DNA of 61,366 bases from Gekko japonicus (lineage: Eukaryota). Of this stretch, positions 1 to 10,681 are shown piece by piece. How positions within the stretch are numbered: the first letter of the stretch is position 1; each line of letters starts with the position of its first letter. A program made the translations under genes and the position numbers. The stretch lies in contig NW_015159727.1 in the NCBI RefSeq assembly GCF_001447785.1, forward strand, positions 553,060 through 614,425, written 5' to 3'. The notes below the pieces were generated by a model. That model was not told where the DNA came from and ran no database searches. It saw nothing but the letters and a program-made list of their open reading frames with translations.

Positions 1-500
1 AAGAAAGCAAATAAATGGGGATGGAGGGAGGAAGGAGGCAGAGGTGAAAAGAAAGCAACTTTAATTTTAAATGTGTTCTCCACCGCCCCTCACACACACC
101 CATGCCAGCCGGCTTGGTTTGGAGAAGGGATTTAAAGAGACAAATGCCTTCTCCAAGCCAGTGGAGGGGCTGCAGGGTGGGGCTTTTTAAAGGTGTTCTC
201 CAAGCCCCCCACCCCTGCTCTCACACTGGCTTGGAGAAGGGATTTAAAGAGACAAATGCCTTCTCCAAGCCAAGCCAGCCGAGAGATGTGGCAGGGCTTG
301 GAGAACACATTTAACTTCAGGTGAGGAGGGAGCAAAGAGAGAGAGAGGGTTGAAAGAAAGCAAGGAAGTTGAAAGAAAACAAATAGATGAGGAGATGAAG
401 GGAGAGGTGGAAAGAAAGCAACTAACTTTAAATACATCCTCCAAGCCCCCCACCCCCGGCTTGGCTTAAGAGATAAATGCCTTCTTCAAGCTGGCCTCTG
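1..500. repeat. Internal repeats of a non-autonomous transposon-like element (truncated by the window edge)
   Basis: The module GGCTTGGAGAAG-ggatttaaagagacaaatgc-CTTCTCCAAGCC (self-complementary arms) recurs at ~111-159, ~228-270 and ~458-491; aaagaaagcaac.ttt..tttaaa recurs at ~48 and ~411. Confidence 0.55.
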
Positions 501-953
501 AAAAGAAGAAAAGACATTCAAGTGTCTTTCATAAAGCCATAATTCCACAGTGTCTGTTGCAAACAGCTGAGTAACAGGCAGTGAAATTCTCAACATCTGG
601 ACTCAGGGTATTGAAATATCAATCAGATGCATATTGCTTTCACAGGGTACTTGCAGCTGCTACACGTATGCTGTAATTAATAGGGGACAAAACTAACCAT
701 GAAGGGAGAGTGTAAATCTAGAAATGAAAAGGTGGAAACTCTCCCAAAAAGTTTGTAAGACAAATAATAATACTCATTGGAATATGTTAAATATATTGAA
801 TATGTAAACACATACAGCAAAAGAATATAATGCGCTTCATGGAAACACACAAATCACAGAATGATTATTCTTAAAGTGATACAAATCCAAAATAGTCCAC
901 AAGCACAAGCCCTCCTAGGGGCAATAACAGTCCATATAGAAAATACTGTCCAG

Positions 954-1020
954 TATACCCTGATGGTATCGTATGTAATATTAAGACCATTTTCAAGACA
1001 ATCTTTCATCAAAGGGTATA
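954..1020 (-). ncRNA. Degenerate hammerhead ribozyme motif, probably from a Penelope-like element terminal repeat
   Basis: Minus strand reads TATACCCT-TTGATGA-AAGA-ttg-TCTT-GAAA-ATGGT-(18 nt)-ACCAT-C-AGGGTATA: an 8-bp stem I, a CUGAUGA-like box (C to U), a 4-bp stem II, GAAA, a 5-bp stem III and a UC cleavage site. Confidence 0.6.
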
Positions 1021-1799
1021 GTGAGTCAAGGTAGGTACAATGACCATGCACAAATCAAAATGCTAGCAGGCAAAAGGACACTTAAACTTTCCTTTCCCCA
1101 CCCACTATCACGTAGGACTATTGCAGAGTCCTTTTGCCTGCTAGATTTGATACCATTGAGTTGTGAATTTGCTGAGAGGCCTTGGACTCCACTTAATAGG
1201 AGAGTGTTCCACCTTTTCATTTCCAGAATTAATAAAGGGGCAACATTCCTGCTGGTATGGGATATAGCTGGCATCTGGATAGCTCCCCATCAGTGCTTTT
1301 GTTAAGAAGTCCTGTCATTAGTCTTGACCTCAAATGTGCCTCCCCACATTAAAGCACAGATAGGCTGCTGACTTCCTATTAACCAAAAAAAGGGGAAACA
1401 GATCATTGTGGTGTGTTGTTTAGTGTGATATATTTTTCCTTTTTGATTGACTTTACTGAAACAAATGTGAAGGAGGGATGGCTTTACACTGTCAGGAAAT
1501 TAGAAATCTTCTTTGTGGTCTCTGTGCATCACACCTCTGGGATATAGTGTGCCTGCGCCAACCTTAATCAGTATAATGGAAAGCAAAAGGGATTTTTGCA
1601 CCTGATCCCCAGTCATGTGCTGGGCTCCACTGCACATGACCAAGGGATGGGCATGACAATCCCGCCAGTTCTCTTCTTACCGCTGCGCTGGTAGGACCCT
1701 CTCCGCCTCAGTCGGTAAAACTATTTCTCTTTGGTCTTTAGGCCTCGTTTTCTTCAAGTTTAGTTAGTTAGGAAAGTATTTTAGTTAGATAGTTGTTCT

Positions 1800-3828
1800 T
1801 TGGACTTTGTTGGGTTTTTTTACTCCCCTCCCTCTGGCCTATGGCCACTTGGTGGGGTTTCTTTAAACGGTGCTGGAAGTGTGGCAGTAAGATTGCCCCC
1901 CCCAGATGGACATTCCCTTTGCCTTTTGTGCCTGGGCGAAATGCACCGAGTAGACTTTTGCGCCCATTGTTCCAAGTTTTCCAAACAGACCAGGAAGAAT
2001 CGAGCAGCTAGACTTCAGGTGGCGCCGGTGGAAGCCGCGGTCTCGCCGGTGGCACCCTCATCACAAGAGACATCCAGGCATGCCTCGATGTCGACACCCA
2101 CATCGGACTCAACAGTTGCCCTGTCTTCGACATCGGCCTCCATCAATGCCGTAAAATCGGTGCCAAAGCGCCCAATTCAGGCACAACAGTCCAAAGCCCA
2201 TATTGCTTCTAAAAAATGTAAGGAGGGCAAGGACTTCAGCTTATCAAGCTTAAGAAGCACAAGAAAGGGTCTCTCGCAACCTCTTCGCTTGATTCAACAA
2301 GCCGAGGGCAGCCACAAGGTGCACTTCAGTCACCTTCACTTCACCCCATCCATTCTTCTGACTCCGACCTGGAGCTGGACTTGACTCAGGTTCCTCGATC
2401 CCCCAATGTCGAAAACCTGCACCGAGACCGAAGGACACGCATTGTCGTCCCTTCGACTCCATTCATCCCCAATGATCGGGATCGATCGCCAACGCCTTTT
2501 CAGCCCCTGACCTGGGATCAGCACCAGTGGCAATACCTGTACAGGGCTTATCCTTTTCCTGGATCAGTGCCATGGCTTCCTCCATGCCCTCCCATAGAGT
2601 GGAATCACCAATCGTCATCTTCCAGACTGTCTCGGTACCGAAATCCCTCCCCGGCACTGGAGTTCGTTAGACCTTCACAGTCGAGACCGATCGCCAAGGG
2701 CTCTGGTCCCCAGTTGTCAGCACCTAAACCTCCTACAGATCAATTGGAGCTGTTACCCTCGATGCTGATCCTTCAGACGTCGTTCTCCGAACCTTCAAAT
2801 CACTCCAGCTCCTCCAGCTCTCAATCGGATGAGGAGAGTTCACACCCACCGTTAGAGTCGTCCCCACCACAACAAGTGGAGGTCGACCTCCCTATTTCGC
2901 TGTCGGAGGACGTTAAGTCTTATGGGGACTTTATTAAATGTATGGCACGCACATTAGCTCTGCCCACCATCCAGCCTCTGCCGACTGTCACAGACTCGGT
3001 CTTCGACATCGTCCAGATGGACACTTCGACCTCAGTCGCCCTTCCCATGACTTTGGTCCTTTTGCAAACAGCCAAAGCCCCTTGGGCTCATCCTTTGTCC
3101 GTCTCGATCTCCAATAAAAAACTGGATCATATTATAAGATTCAAGAATCGGGGGCAGAATTCCTCTTCATCCATCCAAAGCTAAATTCGTTAGTGGTTAC
3201 ATCATCTGCCAAGGGCAAGAGTAGCCACTCTACCCCTCCAGACAAGGAGGGAAGAAAAACTGACTCATTTGGTAGAAAATTCTATACTGCTGGAGCTATG
3301 GGAATCAAATCCTCTAGCTATGCTGCCTGCATGGGACACTATCAGTATGCCCTTTGGGAACAAATGTCAGAATTTATCTCAACCCTCTCCAATGACTGTA
3401 GTCACCGAGCCTGGCATATTCAGAAAGAAGGAATGCTCTTGGCAAAACATCAACTTAACGTCTCCAAGCACTTGCTGGACATAGCAGCAAAGACTCTCAC
3501 TTCTTTAGTCACCTTACGCCGGCACGCATGGCTACGTTCTTCTGCCTTACAGCCAGACACTCAAACCATTGTAGAGGACCTTCCCTTTGAGCTCGACAAA
3601 AGCATCAAGACATCTCACAGCTTAGGGGTTACACCTCCTACAAAACTTCACGAGGGAAAACCCTGGACCAAGCAATGGTCCCACAGACCCTCAACAAAAA
3701 CGTCTTCCAAGCCACACTGGCAGAAGTCCCTGAGTAGTTTGTCTCGTCCTTATGGTGGGGAACCCAAGTTTTCATCTACCTCCCAATCTAGACCCAAAAC
3801 TCCTAAGAATCCCAAACAGAGTCTTTGA
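1800..3828 (+). pseudogene. DIRS gag (ORF1), frameshifted
   Basis: ORFs 1800-2384, 2381-3184 and 3193-3828 give a Cys/His finger, a Ser/Pro-rich middle and a LAP2alpha-like domain. Confidence 0.8.
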
Positions 3829-4693
3829 CTCCGACCTCCTCCCCATGTCCCCTACACGCTTGTCTCCTCACCTGTTGACCTGGAAGCTTATCACATCGGA
3901 CCAATGGGTCCTTACAATAATCAAATCAGGATACCGTATAGAGTTTTCCCAAATCCCTTCTACTACTCATGTTGTCATCACACCACCTTCAGTCGTCCTC
4001 CTGGAAGAGGTTCAAGCCCTCCTCAGCAAAGATGCTATAGAGCCGTGCCAGTAGCCCAACACCTCATGGGCTTCTACTCTTGTTACTTTACGGTACCAAT
4101 GGGCCTCCATTCCATTCTGGACCTCAGGAAACTGAACTGTTTCATCCTCTACAAAAAGTTCCAGATGACAACATTACAGACCATTCTTCCACTACTAAAT
4201 CCAGGGACGTGGATGGTGACGTTGGACCTCATGGATGCCTACTTTCACATCTCCATCCATCCTGCCCATCATGGTTTCCTTCATTTTGCGGTGGGCTACC
4301 ATCATTTCCAGTACAAAGCCCTCTCGTTTGGACTGTCCACGGCCCCTTGGGTCTTCACGAAGGTTATGGTGGTCGTTGTGGCACACCTCCGTCTAAGGGA
4401 AGTCCAGATATTTCCCTATATAGACGACTGGTTGCTGGTAGCAGACTCAAAGGCATCCCTTCTCACCCATGTCGACCTCACCTTGACCGTCCTTACATCC
4501 TTAGGCATCAAGGTGAACCTAAAGAAGTCAAAGCTCCTTCCCACCAAAAGAGTGCAGTTTATAGGAGCTATCGTGGACTCTGTCATTTGTAAGGCCTTCC
4601 TCCCTCCTCAGAGAGCAAGGGATATTGTCGATCTAGTGACTCTATTCTGCAATGCGGAATATGCCATGGCAAAACAAATCCAGCGGCTGCTGG
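3820..4693 (+). pseudogene. DIRS pol, reverse transcriptase part
   Basis: ITSDQWVLTIIKSGYRIEF, GFYSCYFTVP, ILDLRKLN, YIDD. The frame ...AKQIQRLL stops at the insertion site. Confidence 0.9.
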
Positions 4694-6472
4694 TTTTTGG
4701 GGGGTTTTTTGGGCCCCCGAAGGGGATTTTTTAAATTGATTTTCTATAAACTACAAAGAAAAATGAGTAGGGAATCTAACAACTACAGGAGAAAGAAAGG
4801 TTAACCACTAAAAAAACCAAGTAATGAAGATCATTACAAAAGCTTATAAAATATTAGTCTAATCTATCAATAATACAATGAATTTGAATGTTTAAATCTA
4901 GCTAATACTTTCCAAAAACCAATGAAAGTTACTGTTTAAGGCAATCACAAAAGCATCAAAAATTTAAAAAACCAGCTTCTTTAAGGTGAAATTCATAGTT
5001 CCTCGGCATCTCATTTCTTCTTTTCCTCAAATCATAGTCTCTTTTGGGGGTCGCAGCTCCCAATTCCGAATCAGAGTCCTCCTCAGTAGTTGAAGAAGAG
5101 TCTTCACCGCTTTCTTTATCCTGATCTTCTTCTTTGTCGTCTTCTCCGGACCTTCCCAGTTGCTGCTTCAAGAACTCTTTTGCTTTCTTAACAAAGTCAA
5201 TTCTTTCTTTTTTGTCATTTATTCTGAAGAGTATGCCTTCGGGAACCAACCATTTGTACTGTATGTTGTTTGTCTGTAAAAACATTGTGAAATCTTTGAA
5301 TTTCTTCCTCTTCTTTCTGATTTCAAATGGAATGTCTTTTAAGATTCGAATAGTATTGCCATTGATTTTCAGGGGTGTTCCTGATGTTGCTTTCAGGATT
5401 TGGTCTCTCACATATCTTTTTGAGAATCTAACCACTATTTCTCCAGGCAGATTAGTTTTCTTGATAAATTCAGAATAGGATCTGTAAACCACATCAATCT
5501 CGCTTTGAAGATATTCCGTTTTCAAATCTGCAACTGGCGCAAGTAGATCGCCCAACACTTGTTTTAGATTCTCTCCTTTTGTCTCAGGGACCCCTTGGAA
5601 TCTCAGGATAAAGCTTGCTTTTTCCATTAGTAGCTGTAAAAGCTGAGATTCATCAGTAATTATTTTCTTTTCCAACACCTGTACCCGCTTTTTCACCTTT
5701 TTAGATTTGGCATGAACTTCTTTCAGTGTCTCTGCTGTTTGCTCTGTTAACTTCTTAGTTTCATTCAATTCCATCTGTTGAGCAGCAAAATTCTGGTTCA
5801 AAGTAGTCAATTGCAGGTTGATGTTTGTCATCTGGTCCAGCAGAGGGTGCAAAGATTCAGCTAATAGCTGTGAAAGGTTGCTGGTAGCTTCCGGTCTTGG
5901 GCTTCTACTTCCAGAAGGAGGCTTAAGCTGAGATGGTTTCTCTTTCTCGTCTCTCCGCCCCGCCATTTTTGAGGATTGTTTACTTTTAGTAAAGTTTGCC
6001 AAAGTCTCTGTTATTCACCAGAATGCTTAACTGCACTCTTGTGTGCTTCTTAAATCAGTTCTTATAGCTTTTACGTCCGGCTCCCTCCTTTTAGATTGAT
6101 CTGCTTAGATTTCGCGTCTGGGAGTCCCCTCCCCCGATCGCTTAGATCGAAGGGGCTTTCTAGCCAAAACTCAGTATTCTGTTTTCAACGCGACTCACAG
6201 TTCATCGTTGGTCCTGAGACCCGCCAAAGGTACATGCAAAATGCCCGATCTTCACACGCTTGCCCCAGTCAGCGACTCTCAAGCCATACGGTCACACAGC
6301 AGCAGGACCTTCAGGGTGGAGGGAAGCCTCAATTCCCCGGCATCACGCTGGAAAAGAGGCAATCCCTCAAAAGCCCCATGGCTAGGAGTCCAAACACAAC
6401 TGCTGCATATGGATTGCAACCCTGGGAGCTCTCCAAGGTCACGTCCGCCATCATGCCGCCGAAAACCAGAAG
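4694..6472 (-). mobile_element. ORF1-only L1-like (HAL1-like) retroelement, copy 1
   Basis: 15-bp TSD TCCAGCGGCTGCTGG at 4679-4693 and 6473-6487. ~500-nt 5'UTR starting CTTCTGGTTTTCGGCGGCATGATGGCG, a single ORF1, an AT-rich 3'UTR and an A-rich tail. No ORF2. Confidence 0.9.
4956..5966 (-). CDS. L1-type ORF1p (Transposase_22-like: coiled coil + RRM + CTD), 336 aa, intact
   Basis: ATG at 5966 (MAGRRDEK); heptad coiled coil; LRFQGVPETKGENL, PGEIVVRF, IRILKDIPFEIRKKRK and IQYKWLVPEG motifs; acidic C-terminus. Confidence 0.88.
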   Translation of the reverse strand: MAGRRDEKEKPSQLKPPSGSRSPRPEATSNLSQLLAESLHPLLDQMTNINLQLTTLNQNFAAQQMELNETKKLTEQTAETLKEVHAKSKKVKKRVQVLEKKIITDESQLLQLLMEKASFILRFQGVPETKGENLKQVLGDLLAPVADLKTEYLQSEIDVVYRSYSEFIKKTNLPGEIVVRFSKRYVRDQILKATSGTPLKINGNTIRILKDIPFEIRKKRKKFKDFTMFLQTNNIQYKWLVPEGILFRINDKKERIDFVKKAKEFLKQQLGRSGEDDKEEDQDKESGEDSSSTTEEDSDSELGAATPKRDYDLRKRRNEMPRNYEFHLKEAGFLNF

Positions 6473-7290
6473 TCCAGCGGCTGCTGGGTTTGATGGCAGC
6501 CACCACCAATGTCATTGTCTTTGCGAGGTTACACATGAGACCTCTGCAGCTATGGTTTGTCCGCAGGTTTCACCCACAGAGTGAACCCCAATCCCTTCGT
6601 CTTGTCTTCCCACCAACTGTTTTGGGCTCTCTGCTTTGGTGGACAGATCATGTAAATCTTCTAGCAGGAGCCCCATTTCATCCGCCCATGTCAACATTCA
6701 CGTTGACTACAGACGTGTCACTTTGGGGATGGAGCACACATCTCAAGGGACTTTGTGTCAAGGCTCGATGGGAATCCCATGTAGCCCACCATCACATCAA
6801 TTTTCTGGAATTGCTGGTAGTGCGGTACGCACTCAGGTCTTTCTGACACCTGCCAGCCCAACAGGTGGTCACTGTTCTGACGGACAACACAACGGCCCTG
6901 TGTTATATCAACAGACAGGGAGGTACGATATCCAGGGGGTTATGTCAACTAGCCCTGGAATTATGGGACGAGTGTCAATCGTGGAACACGTTCCTGAGAG
7001 CCGCCCATCTACCGGGGATGTTGAATGTCCAAGCAGACTTCCTGAGCAGAGGAAGTGCATCGGAGCACAAATGGGAGCTCAATTTGACCTATCTCCAACC
7101 GATCTTTCACCTTTAAGGCCATCCAGAGGTGGACGTGTTTGCGACATGCAGCAACAAAAAATGTTGTCTGTTCTGCTCCAGAGCAGGGACAGATCCCCTG
7201 TCTTTTGGTGATGGTCTTCTGGTTTCATGGTCACGCCTTCACATGTTCCTCTTCCCTCCAATTCCTCTAATTTCCAGAGTACTAGTCAAG
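6473..7290 (+). pseudogene. DIRS pol continuation (RT end, RNase H, methyltransferase-like domain)
   Basis: Resumes QRLLGLMAATT...ARLHMRPLQ exactly at the second TSD copy; in-frame stops at ~6844 and ~7114. Confidence 0.88.
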
Positions 7291-7738
7291 CCAATATCAT
7301 AATGCCCCTATATAAATCAATGGTGCGACCTCATCTGGAATACTGTGTGCAATTCTGGTCACCACACCTTAAAAAGGATATTATAGCTTTGGAAAAAGTG
7401 CAGAAAAGGGCAACTCAAATGATAAAAGGGTTGGAACACTTTCCCTATGAGGAAAGGTTAAGGCGCTTAGGGCTCTTTAGCTTGGAGAAATGACGACTGA
7501 GGGGTGACATGATCGATGCTTATAAGATTATGCATGGGAAAGAGCAGGTAGAGAAAGAGGTACTTTTCTCCCTTTCTCACAATACAAGAACACATGGGCA
7601 CTCCATGAAATTGCTGAGTGGTCGGATTAGAACGGATAAAAGGAAGTACTTCTTCACCCAAAGAGTGATTAACACTTGGAATTCACTGCCACAGGAAGTG
7701 GTGGCGGCTACAAGCATGGACGGCTTCAAAAGGGAATT
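7290..7738 (+). mobile_element. CR1 LINE, ORF2 3' fragment
   Basis: [28 protein letters not shown]...LEKVQKRAT...[15 protein letters not shown] and RTHGHSMKL...FFTQRVINTWNSLP. Confidence 0.95.
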
Positions 7739-7879
7739 ATGTTGCTTGCCAGTGACCATAGAGTTTTTGTCCAAATGCTAGATCATCCCCTGCACAACAT
7801 GCCCAGCAAGAAGATCCCAGGGAGCAGCATGGAGCCCCCCACCAGCAGACAATAAGCACCTGGCAACCCTAGTTTCACT

Positions 7880-8170
7880 AGAAGAAGAAGAAAAAAAGAG
7901 GGTCCCATGCAATGTCTAGCATTAATTGTGCTAGAGATCAATGCTGGGCAAGAGTTATGTTGCTTGCCAGTGGAAAAATTGGACAGGTGTAAGGTCCTTT
8001 TAAAAGAATTGTGTGGCAGCAAGAATGCGACTCTCAAGCAGATTCAAATAGTGTTGGGTCCCTTGAAAATAGCATTGAGTCCCTTGAATAACCTCAGAGA
8101 GGGCCTTTCTACAGTGCATGGCATACTCAACCAAGGAACATCAAGTTAGTTCACTGTAAGATCAAGATTA
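7880..8170 (+). mobile_element. Ngaro/DIRS-type RT fragment
   Basis: EKKEGPMQCLALIVLEI...CCLPVEKL...KNATLKQIQIVLG resembles the EKTEGP..LTFLGIE..RLP.DKL..TLRE.Q..LG block of tyrosine-recombinase retroelement RT. Confidence 0.65.
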
Positions 8171-8174
8171 ATTG

Positions 8175-8545
8175 ATCACATTCTGAAACCTTCCTTCATG
8201 GTAGGACCAGAATCATCACAGAACAGTGCCTCCCAATCCCAGTCCCAAAAGGTGACCCAGAGGGATACCATGATTAATGGTATCAAAATATGCTGAGAGG
8301 TCCAGGAGAATGAACAGGGTTGCACTCCCCTGTCAATCTCCCAGAGCATTTCACCAACCACGGCAACCAAGGTCATTTCAGTCCCATAACCAGGCCTGAA
8401 AACAGATTGGAAATGGAGGGAAACAATCCACTTCATTCAGAAATCTCTTGAGCTGGCCAGCCACCATTGGTTCAGTCATCTTGCTCAAGAATGCTACATT
8501 TGAGACTGGGTGGTAGATATTCAACTCTTCAGCCAATAGAAAGTA
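8175..8545 (-). mobile_element. L2 LINE RT fragment
   Basis: YHPVSNVAFLSK...FQSVFRPGYGTEMTL...DRG, then an LDLSA.FDTI.H-like motif. Confidence 0.85.
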
Positions 8546-8621
8546 AGCTGTTGACACAGCATAGCTATAGCAATCAAGAGAAAGTGAACAACCATGTTTT
8601 TTCAAAGCAAACTAGGACTAA

Positions 8622-10206
8622 GGCCGCGGTCACACGGACCTCTTACTGTGCTAGTTTTCCCGCAGTTCTTCTATCCGCGACATTTTATATCGCTTGTAGG
8701 TGGTCAGACGGTCCCTCTGTCTTCCACTTCACTCGTGCGAAGTACTGATCACACAGCGCGCCGTCCCTGTGGCAGCGTGGTTTTTTAAAAAAAACAACCT
8801 GCGCATGCGCTTGTCTTCCCATGCGCTTGGGTGTACATACAAACTAAAAAAGACCAAAATAAAAACCAGTGCCTGTTTGCACATGCGCATAACTTAAACC
8901 GGAAACACAAAAAAAGGGGTGGGTGGGAGGGTAGCGCGTTCACGGCGGATTGCTGTCCAGATACCAAAACCACGGATACAAAGCGCAAGATATCGGAAAA
9001 ACACCTGTTCCTATGTCAGCAAGCTGCCATGGTGTTCTGTGTTGGTTGTATTTCTGTACAGTTGCTAAAAACCCCCCTGCTGCCTGTGCGCCTGTATTTT
9101 ACTCTGCTGTAATGCCTAAGCCAAACAACTGGAGGATGTGATGGGGGAGTAAGCTTGACTGCCAGCTTGTTGCTTTTAGAGCCTGGGAACTGCACCTGTA
9201 TTATGTCTGGAGATAGCCTGGTTCTCAGGGAATGAGCGCGCGACCGTTTCCTTTCACCCGCCAGCGGGAAAGTAACCCATTGGTCCTGTACCTGGTTGAA
9301 ATCCCTTTATCATGTTTGCCCTAACCGTTTGTAGTCAGTTCTAACAAAGAACGTGTTTGAGTATCTTTCCAAAGCTTTGAAATAAATTTTGCTTTTCTTT
9401 AAAACGTGGATTTATTCTCGATGCTTGGGGATCCAACANNNNNNNNNNNNNNNNNNNNNNNNNNNNNNNNNNNNNNNNNNNNNNNNNNNNNNNNNNNNNN
9501 NNNNNNNNNNNNNNNNNNNNNNNNNNNNNNNNNNNNNNNNNNNNNNNNNNNNNNNNNNNNNNNNNNNNNNNNNNNNNNNNNNNNNNNNNNNNNNNNNNNN
9601 NNNNNNNNNNNNNNNNNNNNNNNNNNNNNNNNNNNNNNNNNNNNNNNNNNNNNNNNNNNNNNNNNNNNNNNNNNNNNNNNNNNNNNNNNNNNNNNNNNNN
9701 NNNNNNNNNNNNNNNNNNNNNNNNNNNNNNNNNNNNNNNNNNNNNNNNNNNNNNNNNNNNNNNNNNNNNNNNNNNNNNNNNNNNNNNNNNNNNNNNNNNN
9801 NNNNNNNNNNNNNNNNNNNNNNNNNGACGTGTTTGAAGCACTGCCGGGGATGATGGACATTCGCATAGCTCATCTCCTGGCTGCACATGCCCCGCAACAG
9901 CCGGTCGCGCCGCCTCCGGTTCTACCAGCACCGGGAGCACCTGCACCGCCACCACCGGGGCCTGCCGGACCGCAGTTACCGCCGGGACCGGGCCTGCCGG
10001 ACCGCAGTTACCGCCGGGACCGGGTCTGCCGCCGCCGGGTCTGCCGCCGCCGCTGCTGGTGTCAGAAAACGTGGATAAAAAGAGCGAAAACTGCGGGACT
10101 CAGCCCGCTTCGGTGCGGGAGGCGGGTTTGCCAATATGAACAGGAAACGTTAATGCGCGAGGGGTCAGAAGTGAAGCCCGCACTAAATGTCCTTGTGACC
10201 TGACCC
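8622..10206 (+). mobile_element. PIF/Harbinger-type DNA transposon, long version (contains an N-gap)
   Basis: TAA TSD (8619-8621 and 10207-10209); termini GGCCGCGGTCACACGG ... CTTGTGACCTGACCC; both ends match the element at 38269-38817. Confidence 0.8.
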
Positions 10207-10261
10207 TAAGAGTGTAACTAGAAGTTACAACCTAGACAGGTTCATAGACAGGTTCACCATG

Positions 10262-10681
10262 AGGACTTACAGCTATATTGTAATCACTAGTTCCTGGTGA
10301 CACCTCCTAAGTAAATGCACATCAGGCCCTGATTTGGATTGGGACACCTGTTTGGAGAAAGGAGGAATTTCTGCCTTCTCCCTTGTGCAGTTTTCAGGGG
10401 CTGAAATGGCCTGGGGGGCGTGGGAAGAGGGAGCAATTTGCTCTCTTGAGAGCCAGCATGAGCACAGAATGCTTGCACATGCTGGCTCCATACAGAGAAA
10501 ATAACCCTTCCTTCACCAGCTCCTAGGCTGTTTCAGTGGCTAAAACAAGCACAGGGTCAGGGGAGAAGGCAGGGATTCCTCTTTCTCTCATGTGGCAGAC
10601 CCAATTTGAACTGGGCCCCACTGAACGTTTACTCATGAGTTGCCTCCAGGAACTAGTAACTACAATATAGTGGAAGGTCCC
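10262..10681. mobile_element. MITE-like element with ~80-bp imperfect terminal inverted arms
   Basis: ctatattgtaatcactagttcctgg...gtaaatg on the left is the reverse complement of gtttactc...ccaggaactagtaactacaatatag on the right. Confidence 0.65.

Larger units (their letters stand above)
1508..7290 (+). mobile_element. Degraded DIRS1-type tyrosine-recombinase retrotransposon, interrupted at 4694-6472 and 3'-truncated by CR1
   Basis: gag zinc finger (PDGHSLCLLCLG..C..C); LAP2alpha-like region (PPDKEGRK..FGRKFY); RT (LDLMDAYFHI, YIDDWL); RNase H (TTDVSLWGW, HINFLEL, TDNTTALCYINRQGG, NVQADFLSR); DIRS methyltransferase-like tail (EVDVFAT...FPPIPLI). Confidence 0.92.

Noticed and set aside
4694-4735. 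Odd G/C-interrupted T-tract with a mini hairpin at the element tail
   Set aside because: Most likely a decayed or poorly sequenced polyA tail, not a separate feature.
9341-10203. Long ORFs in the track
   Set aside because: Artefacts of translating through the N-gap.
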